A stretch of DNA of 62,903 nucleotides, filler included, from Chiloscyllium plagiosum (taxonomy: Eukaryota): NCBI RefSeq assembly GCF_004010195.1. It is 4 parts of one record of this genome, joined end to end, with 100 filler letters (N's around TTAATTAATTAA, not from the genome) between each part and the next. Parts side by side here need not be neighbours in the genome. Positions count along the whole stretch, not along the records: positions 52,600 to 62,903 come from NC_057711.1; 3 more parts are not named here. One strand, 5' to 3'. The notes under the pieces are model-generated. The model searched no databases and was not told the DNA's origin. It worked only from the letters and a program-made list of their open reading frames with translations. The translations under genes and the position numbers were made by a program. Shown piece by piece: positions 62,611 through 62,903 of the stretch. The stretch's first letter is position 1, and each line of letters starts with the position of its first letter.

Positions 62611-62903
62611 GGAGAAAGTGAGGACTGCAGATGCTGGAGATCAGAGCTGAAAATGTATTGCTGGAAAAGCGCAGCAGGTCAGGCAGCATCCAGGGAACAG
62701 GAGAATCGACATTTCGGGCATAAGCTCTTCTTCAGGAATGAGGAAAGTTTGTCCAGCAGGCTAAGATAAAAGGTAGGGAGGAGGGACTTGGGGGAGGGGC
62801 GTTGGAAATGTGATAGGTGGAAAGAGGTCAAGGTGAGGGTGATAGGTCAGACTGGGGTGGGGGCGGAGAGGTCAGGAAGGAGATTGCAGGTTAGGAAGGC
62901 GGT
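62611..62903 (-). mobile_element. Penelope family A 3' end, running off the window
   Basis: Matches 52230-52499. Confidence 0.85.

Overview
This is vertebrate genomic DNA, almost certainly elasmobranch (shark), inferred from HE1-type V-SINEs, abundant CR1 LINEs and Penelope elements. It is mostly layered transposon debris: CR1, a second CR1-group LINE, L1, RTE, at least three Penelope families with minimal hammerhead ribozymes, several SINEs, solo LTRs, and Tigger/pogo and Harbinger fossils. The window is four pieces joined by artificial 100-bp N44-TTAATTAATTAA-N44 linkers, plus one ordinary gap. Two host-gene exons are recognisable: the first coding exon of HABP4 in a CpG island (42406-42784, +) and a short FAM240-like coding exon absent from the ORF track (60113-60237, +). 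The most unusual structure is an endonuclease+RT LINE with a tRNA-like (Pol III) SINE head and no ORF1; SINEs elsewhere in the window look like its head joined directly to its tail. Almost all other ORFs in the track are repeat-derived or spurious. Family names come from recalled motifs, not database searches, and many repeat boundaries are approximate.
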